Origin: Chitinophagales bacterium
Lineage (GTDB): Bacteria > Bacteroidota > Bacteroidia > Chitinophagales > UBA10324
DNA length: 64,000 nt
Assembly (NCBI GenBank): GCA_044227805.1
Contig: JBGAWA010000003.1
Location: 16,153 to 80,152, forward strand
Direction: 5' to 3'
How positions within the stretch are numbered: the stretch's first letter is position 1; every line of letters starts with the position of its first letter. The position numbers and the translations under genes are program-made. A model generated the notes under the pieces. The model was not told where the DNA came from. It made no database searches and worked only from the letters and a program-made list of their open reading frames with translations. Below are positions 58,298-64,000 of this stretch, piece after piece.

Positions 58298-59227
58298 CTA
58301 AACGAAAAGATTGCCACCGGTCTGCAGGGCCGCCTGAGCAGCTTTCACGCCGAGGCTTTTCCATATGGTCATTTGCAGCTTGCTGAAATTAAGTCCGGTC
58401 GGATGTTCAGGATCAAGGTCATGTTCCGGTTCTATTCTGAAGATCCGGCAATCGGGATGCTCCGCGCGGTATTGTTTTAAAACGGCCATATCGTTTTCTC
58501 TTACATCCTGTATGAATATCGCAATGGCACGCAGAATAATTTGCATCACACTTGTATAAAGCGGATTGTGCGGGAATAAAACCGGCGGATTATTACTGAG
58601 TACATAGATTTCATCCGGATGCAAGGTGGTCGCAATGCGCGTTGGGATCACTTCACGGTTGCCGCCATCAACAAACTGCTCCATAATTTTTGAACCATCG
58701 GCAGCAACGCCGGTTTGCATCACTACCGGTTTTAAGAATCCTGCCTGGCTGCTGCTGGCCATTGCCGCGTCAATGAGCTGACTTCGTGTATTGATAACTT
58801 TCACATCATAGTAGGGCCCGGAAGGAATATTCCTCGTACAAAAAACCGTTACTTTTCCCGATTGCAGGCTGATGGCCGTTAAGCAAAGAAGGGTGTTCGA
58901 TGATTTGATGCGTGCGAACATCGCGTCAGACAAATTCTGATCAATGGTTTTCAGCAGCGGATCGGTGTCATAGATATAAGGGCGGTCGTTGAGAATATTG
59001 TCAACGATGTTCTGCTTTTTTAAAATGTCATCATTCTCAACATTCTGATAGATCGTTTCCATCAGGGTAAATTCACGGCAGGCTGTTAATATGGCTATCA
59101 GCGAACCGGTGCTCGTACCACTGATAATGTCAAACTGATCAATATTATTAGCCACCAGGCATTTTAAAGCACCTATCGTGAAAGCGCCTTTGGCGCCGCC
59201 TCCGCTTGTGATTAAAGCTCGTCTCAT
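58298..59227 (-). CDS. Patatin-like phospholipase
   Basis: Oxyanion GGGAKG, nucleophile elbow GTSTGS (GxSxG), and catalytic Asp in FVDGGN. No signal peptide. Confidence 0.9.
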   Translation of the reverse strand: MRRALITSGGGAKGAFTIGALKCLVANNIDQFDIISGTSTGSLIAILTACREFTLMETIYQNVENDDILKKQNIVDNILNDRPYIYDTDPLLKTIDQNLSDAMFARIKSSNTLLCLTAISLQSGKVTVFCTRNIPSGPYYDVKVINTRSQLIDAAMASSSQAGFLKPVVMQTGVAADGSKIMEQFVDGGNREVIPTRIATTLHPDEIYVLSNNPPVLFPHNPLYTSVMQIILRAIAIFIQDVRENDMAVLKQYRAEHPDCRIFRIEPEHDLDPEHPTGLNFSKLQMTIWKSLGVKAAQAALQTGGNLFV

Positions 59228-59244
59228 AATTTTATTGTATTAAT

Positions 59245-60087
59245 TCATTTCTTCACCGGGATATGATAACCTATGTCAAGCAGGACCAGGTAATCTTTGT
59301 TTGAAAATTCATACCCACCGCTGAGCTGCAACGCGAATTTTGAGATGTCAGCGCCTAATCCCATACCTGCCATTTGCAGATTGTCATTCAGGTTGGCTTC
59401 GGTAATCAGTTTGACACAGCCGATGCTCGTCAGTTCTCCACCGATGTCAAACAGGCGCCATTCCAGCCTTGGATTCACCAGCAGGTTGACCGTTTGTCCG
59501 CTGTAAAAAATGGAGGCCCCAATCATGGCCCGTATCCTTCCTCCGGCGCCTTCCCCCTTTTTGGTAAAGGTATAAGAGAGCAACGCGCCTCCGGTGAGTG
59601 CATATCCTTCCTGTTGCGCAAACAGGTTCAGCGCCCCCTGGTTCAGGTGAATGAAAATACCGGGCCCTTTTACAAACTCGGGAGATTTAAACGTGGAAGC
59701 ATATTGGGTTCCCAGCAGGTACGATAGCCAATACGTCGGATCCATATTATCTGCCGGCATTTTTTCCAGCATGCAATCCAGCCGTGAATTATCTTCCACC
59801 GACCAGTCATGAATGGTGCTGACTTGCTGCATGAGCTTTTTGTATCCGCCGGCATTCTCGCGGCGCACGGAATCCAGCATGTGCTGACGCGACTGATCAT
59901 CATCGGAGTATTTCCCCAGCAATTGTACTTCACGCGTAAACTTACCTGCATAGTCGGCTGCCTGTTGTGTACAGGCCGGGTCCTGGCAGCAGGGAACCGG
60001 TTGAGCCGTGAGATTTTTGCCGGAAAAAGAAAGCAAGAAAATGACGGGCGACGAATAAAATAGCAGCTTCAGCAACTTGCATTTCAT
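59245..60087 (-). CDS. Secreted hypothetical protein (signal peptide, Cys-rich N-terminus, beta-rich C-terminal half)
   Basis: MKCKLLKLLFYSSPVIFLLSFSG signal. PCCQDPAC motif. The C-terminal half has alternating hydrophobic residues and ends YHIPVKK. Its stop is 17 bp before the patatin gene starts. Confidence 0.6.
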   Translation of the reverse strand: MKCKLLKLLFYSSPVIFLLSFSGKNLTAQPVPCCQDPACTQQAADYAGKFTREVQLLGKYSDDDQSRQHMLDSVRRENAGGYKKLMQQVSTIHDWSVEDNSRLDCMLEKMPADNMDPTYWLSYLLGTQYASTFKSPEFVKGPGIFIHLNQGALNLFAQQEGYALTGGALLSYTFTKKGEGAGGRIRAMIGASIFYSGQTVNLLVNPRLEWRLFDIGGELTSIGCVKLITEANLNDNLQMAGMGLGADISKFALQLSGGYEFSNKDYLVLLDIGYHIPVKK

Positions 60088-60357
60088 GAGCTATCGGATT
60101 ACTGAATAAAGATATAAATTAATACCGTGCAACTTTGAACTGACGGGCTTTGAACGGACAGTTTTTTGGATTACTTGGGTTAACAACCGACACAGCTTTG
60201 AATGCCTACGCAGAAAATAAATTCATTTTTTTGCTTACACACGAAAACCTAACCCGAAAAAAAATGAAAGAGTGTTTTCACCAACGCTTTACAAAAACCC
60301 CAAGACAGAATCCTATCTTTGAATACTTTTAAAAAACATTATTTGAATTGATTATCA

Positions 60358-61935
60358 ATGGCAAAACCTAAGAAAGAAGCAGTTGAAGAACCCTTAGAAA
60401 GGAAACTTTGGAAAGCGGCTGACAAACTCCGTAAGAACATGGATGCAGCCGAATACAAGCATGTGGTGTTGGGACTGATTTTCTTGAAATACATTTCTGA
60501 TGCGTTTGAAGAACTGTTTCAGCAACTCACTGCACAGAAAAGCGAAGGTGCAGACTCCGAAGACAAGAATGAATACACAGCCGAAAAAGTTTTTTATGTG
60601 CCGCCATCTGCAAGGTGGAAATGGATTCAAGGCAGAGCCAAACTCCCTACCATTGGAAAAGACATTGACGATGCAATGGATGCCATTGAAAAAGACAACC
60701 CTTCTTTGAAAGGTGTGTTGCCAAAAGTTTTTGCACAGGAAAAATTAGACAAAGCAAACCTTGGCGGTTTGGTTGATTTAGTAAGCACCGCCACACTTGG
60801 AACGAAAGAAGCACAGAGCAAAGATTTGTTGGGCAGAGTGTTTGAATATTTTTTGGGTGAGTTTGCTTTGGCAGAAGGAAAAAAAGGCGGACAGTTTTAT
60901 ACGCCAGGCAGTGTTGTAAAATTATTGGTGCAAATGTTAGAGCCGTATGAAGGCAGAGTGTTTGACCCGTGTTGCGGTAGCGGTGGAATGTTTGTGCAGA
61001 GTGAGAAATTTATCATGCACCACCAAGACCACTACAAAAAGAATCCCGATAGAATCGGGAGAAAAAAACTTTCTCTCAACCCTGCCGACCACATTTCTAT
61101 TTCCGGACAAGAGAGCAACCAAACAACTTGGCGATTGGCTAAAATGAATTTGGCGATAAGAGGAATTGACAGCAGCAATGTGAAGTGGAACAACGAAGGA
61201 AGTTTTTTGAACGATGCTCACAAAGATTTAAAAGCCGATTACATAATTGCAAACCCACCATTTAACGACAGCGATTGGAGTGGTGAACTCTTACAAAAAG
61301 ATGCACGGTGGGTTTATGGAGTGCCACCTGCTGGCAATGCTAACTACGCATGGATACAACATTTTCTTTTTCACTTGTCTGCAAACGGACAAGCAGGTTT
61401 TGTTCTCTCTAAAGGTTCTCTCACTACAAACACAAGCAACGAAGGAGAAATAAGAAAAGCATTGGTTGAAAATGATTTGATTGATTGCATTGTAAATCTT
61501 CCTGCAAAACTTTTTTTGAATACGCAGATACCTGCCTGCCTTTGGTTTTTGAGTAAGAACAAAACCAAACGCAAAGGCAAAATACTTTTTATTGATGCAC
61601 GGAATTTAGGTTTTTTGGTAAACAGAAGAACAAAAGAATTTACCGAAGATGACATTAACCAAATTGCAAGCACTTACCACAACTGGCGAACAAGCCATGA
61701 CGATTACACTGACATTTCCGGTTTCTGCAAAGAAGCAACCGTAGAAGAAGTAAAAGAATTAAACTATGTAGTTACACCCGGCAGATATGTGGGTTTGCCT
61801 GATGATGATGATGATTTCAATTTTACAGAACGCTTTGCTTCATTAAAAACAGAATTGGAAAAACAAATTGCCGAAGAAGATGCATTGAACAAACGCATTG
61901 TAAATAATCTTTCCAAAATTAAAATTGAAGTGTAA
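60358..61935 (+). CDS. hsdM: Type I restriction-modification system, DNA methyltransferase subunit M
   Basis: HsdM N-terminal domain (LWKAADKLR...YKHVVLGLIFLKYISD). AdoMet motif FDPCCGSGGMF. Catalytic motif IANPPFN. Confidence 0.93.
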   Translation: MAKPKKEAVEEPLERKLWKAADKLRKNMDAAEYKHVVLGLIFLKYISDAFEELFQQLTAQKSEGADSEDKNEYTAEKVFYVPPSARWKWIQGRAKLPTIGKDIDDAMDAIEKDNPSLKGVLPKVFAQEKLDKANLGGLVDLVSTATLGTKEAQSKDLLGRVFEYFLGEFALAEGKKGGQFYTPGSVVKLLVQMLEPYEGRVFDPCCGSGGMFVQSEKFIMHHQDHYKKNPDRIGRKKLSLNPADHISISGQESNQTTWRLAKMNLAIRGIDSSNVKWNNEGSFLNDAHKDLKADYIIANPPFNDSDWSGELLQKDARWVYGVPPAGNANYAWIQHFLFHLSANGQAGFVLSKGSLTTNTSNEGEIRKALVENDLIDCIVNLPAKLFLNTQIPACLWFLSKNKTKRKGKILFIDARNLGFLVNRRTKEFTEDDINQIASTYHNWRTSHDDYTDISGFCKEATVEEVKELNYVVTPGRYVGLPDDDDDFNFTERFASLKTELEKQIAEEDALNKRIVNNLSKIKIEV

Positions 61936-61937
61936 GC

Positions 61938-63176
61938 ATGAGTGAATGGAAAGAAATACAATTGAGAGATATTAGTTCAGATATTTCATACGGATACACT
62001 GCAAGTGCAGCAAGTGAAAATGTCGGACCTAAATTTTTACGTATCACTGATATTACAAGTGGCAGAATAAATTGGGAAACTGTTCCTTACTGCAAAATTT
62101 CTGTCAGAGATTTAAAGAAGTATCAATTAGGTGTTGGAGATATTGTAATTGCAAGAACGGGTGCAACTACTGGTTACAATGCAATCATTAAAAAAGAAGT
62201 CAATGCAGTTTATGCTTCTTACTTAATAAGATTTCAAATTGACAAAAAGGTAGCTGACCCCTTTTTTGTTGGATGCGTTTTGCAATCAAATAGTTTTCAA
62301 GATTATGTTGATGCAATTGCAGGCGGTTCAGCACAGCCTGGTGCGAATGCACAACAATTTGCTGACTTTGAATTTCGCCTCCCTTCTCTCCCTGAACAAA
62401 AATCCATTGCAGAAGCCCTTAGCAGCTTAGATGATAAAATAGATTTACTGCACCGCCAAAACAAAACCCTTGAACAATTAGCCGAAACGCTTTTCAGGCA
62501 GTGGTTTGTGGAGGAAGCGGAGGAAGTCAAAACAGAAAAGTTAGGAGATATTGCAGTTGTTCAAAATGGTTATGCTTTTAGTAGCAAAGATTATGTTTCT
62601 TATCAAGAGGCACATTTAGAGGTTTTAAAAATGGGGCATATTGAAAAAGGTGGTGGTTTGAGAACTGACCCTAAAAGAGATTTTGTTCCGAGAGATGAAA
62701 AATTAAAGAGATGGACTTTGAATAAAACGGATATTGTAATGGCAATGACTGACATGAAAGACAATGTTGTAATTCTTGGAGTGCCTGCAATGATTGATAA
62801 AAGTGAGCATTATGTTTTGAATCAACGGGTAGCAAGAATTTATCTCTCATCTAATGAAAAATTAATCAACAATTATCTTCTCTATATTCAATTAAAGGAT
62901 TCAGATTTTATTGCTACGCTTCAAAGCAAAGCAAACAGTGGTGTTCAGGTAAATCTTTCAACTGATGCAATTAAAGATTGTGATATAATAATTGCTACAA
63001 TGGAATTGCAGAAAGAAAAAGGAATTGAGATTACAGCACTTTACTTGAAAAAAGAAAATAACGATAACCAAATCAAAACCCTCACAAAACTTCGTGATAC
63101 ACTATTGCCGAAGTTGATGAGTGGAGAGGTGAGGGTGGGAAAATTACTAACTGATGAAACAGCCAAACAACAATAA
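61938..63176 (+). CDS. hsdS: Type I restriction-modification system, specificity subunit S
   Basis: Two target-recognition domains are separated by a conserved helix (LPEQKSIAEALSSLDDKIDLLHRQNKTLEQLAETLFRQWF), with a distal conserved helix (LTKLRDTLLPKLMSGEVRV). It starts 2 nt after the hsdM stop. Confidence 0.9.
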   Translation: MSEWKEIQLRDISSDISYGYTASAASENVGPKFLRITDITSGRINWETVPYCKISVRDLKKYQLGVGDIVIARTGATTGYNAIIKKEVNAVYASYLIRFQIDKKVADPFFVGCVLQSNSFQDYVDAIAGGSAQPGANAQQFADFEFRLPSLPEQKSIAEALSSLDDKIDLLHRQNKTLEQLAETLFRQWFVEEAEEVKTEKLGDIAVVQNGYAFSSKDYVSYQEAHLEVLKMGHIEKGGGLRTDPKRDFVPRDEKLKRWTLNKTDIVMAMTDMKDNVVILGVPAMIDKSEHYVLNQRVARIYLSSNEKLINNYLLYIQLKDSDFIATLQSKANSGVQVNLSTDAIKDCDIIIATMELQKEKGIEITALYLKKENNDNQIKTLTKLRDTLLPKLMSGEVRVGKLLTDETAKQQ

Positions 63177-64000
63177 TCTCTTAGCTTCAATTGCAGTTTT
63201 CGCTGAACTCTGCAATACCGAAAAGGATATTCAAGGAATCCTTACTGAATTTATCAAGTCAACATTTGCGTTTGAAAAATCTTGGACGCTTGATTCAACA
63301 GAAGTGACCTTGCTTTTAAAGAAGCATTTTGATTTTGATTTACCCGAAGCAGTTGTAAGAACTTGTTTAAACAGTTTAACGAAAAATGGTTTTGCTGTTA
63401 GAAACCTTGGCAAGTATTCCGTTATTGATACTTCTTATGATGCTGTTGCATTCGCAAACAAACTTTCAGCCAAAAAAGGCAAGCAAGAAATTGTTGAAGG
63501 TGAACTTGTTTCTTACTATGAAAGTTTGTTGAACACAAAGGTTAGTGATTCGGAGAGAAAAGCATTAATTGATGGATTCATTTCTTATTTGTTAGATACA
63601 GGTGTGTCTGAAAAATATTCAACGATAATTAGCTCATTTGTTCTTGACAAAGCAGTAAGCAGCAATTTTATTTTAGAGTTGAATCAGATTAAGGAAGGTC
63701 TTGTTCTTCTAACTGGCTTAGGTTACACTGATGATTTAAACAATATTGGTTCATGGTCGGAAGAGTTAACAATTTACCTTGACACAGAGCATCTTTTTAA
63801 TTCCGAAGGTTACAACGGAAAATTATATCAAAAACTCTTTAATGACTTTTCTGCATTGGTAAATGAAATAAATAGTGCTGCACAGAAAAAGTATTCAAAG
63901 AAATTAATTCACCTCAAATATTTTGAGGAAGTGAATGAAGAAGTAAACAGATTTTTCCATGTAGCAGAAAAAATAATTCGGCAGGAAGACAACACTTCAC
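63154..64000 (+). CDS. Uncharacterised protein, 5' partial view (282 codons open to the window end), overlapping the hsdS end by 23 nt
   Basis: Hand translation, because this ORF is not in the ORF track: MKQPNNNNLLASIAVFAELCNTEKDIQGILTEFIKST...GFAVRNLGKYSVID...LTIYLDTEHLFNSEGYNG...RFFHVAEKIIRQEDNTS. There is no stop codon from 63154 to 64000. Its AT-rich composition matches hsdM and hsdS. Confidence 0.75.
   Translation, partial: MKQPNNNNLLASIAVFAELCNTEKDIQGILTEFIKSTFAFEKSWTLDSTEVTLLLKKHFDFDLPEAVVRTCLNSLTKNGFAVRNLGKYSVIDTSYDAVAFANKLSAKKGKQEIVEGELVSYYESLLNTKVSDSERKALIDGFISYLLDTGVSEKYSTIISSFVLDKAVSSNFILELNQIKEGLVLLTGLGYTDDLNNIGSWSEELTIYLDTEHLFNSEGYNGKLYQKLFNDFSALVNEINSAAQKKYSKKLIHLKYFEEVNEEVNRFFHVAEKIIRQEDNTS

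Noticed and set aside
60150-60332. 60-aa ORF in the spacer upstream of hsdM.
   Set aside because: It has a non-ATG start, sits exactly at the length cutoff, lies in an AT-rich junction full of CTTTGAA repeats, and has no motif.
1-64000. I searched by eye for tRNA/rRNA genes, CRISPR arrays, and integrase or transposase genes that could explain the island or the repeats.
   Set aside because: I found none. No intergenic stretch shows a cloverleaf-like GTTCGAATC/T-loop pattern, no regularly spaced direct repeats occur, and no ORF has recombinase or DDE motifs. tRNAscan-SE, cmscan and an ISfinder search would be the proper check.

Overview
This 64-kb window is a chromosomal segment from a Bacteroidota bacterium. 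The evidence is six ORFs ending in a Por/T9SS C-terminal sorting domain, a carboxypeptidase-regulatory-domain TonB receptor, a propeller/Y_Y_Y LytS-type kinase, and a TAnnTTTG -7 box. No 16S is present, so I make no finer taxonomic call. I support about 48 protein genes and saw no rRNA, tRNA or CRISPR array. Housekeeping content includes recO, mfd, a NifU-like gene, corA, recX, ileS with a dksA-like gene and lspA, the thrS-infC-rpmI-rplT operon, aat, asnA and gltS. Surface and secreted content includes a >2200-aa PKD/Ig adhesin that is broken into two frames at about 5.52 kb, a PorZ-like propeller protein, an L-type-lectin protein, an FG-GAP/VCBS protein and a propeller/MopE-repeat protein. 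Three things are not explained by ordinary gene calls. (1) A dispersed family of hairpin-ended intergenic repeats occurs at 13 loci, either as long ~155-175-bp copies or as solo hairpins of the form AACCCGGATTTTTC-N4-GAAAAATCCGGGTT. They lie mostly just 3' of genes, and two nearly identical long copies flank the TonB-dependent receptor gene in inverted orientation. (2) An abrupt AT-rich island runs from about 60.1 kb to the window end. It carries type I R-M hsdM and hsdS plus a hand-translated, translationally coupled unknown ORF (63154..>64000) that runs off the window. No hsdR is visible. (3) A patatin-like phospholipase paired with a secreted unknown protein sits directly next to that island. 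The island with its unknown ORF is my best candidate for a partly visible undescribed system, and the repeat family is the most striking non-coding signal. All product calls come from motif recognition in the supplied translations. No database search was run.
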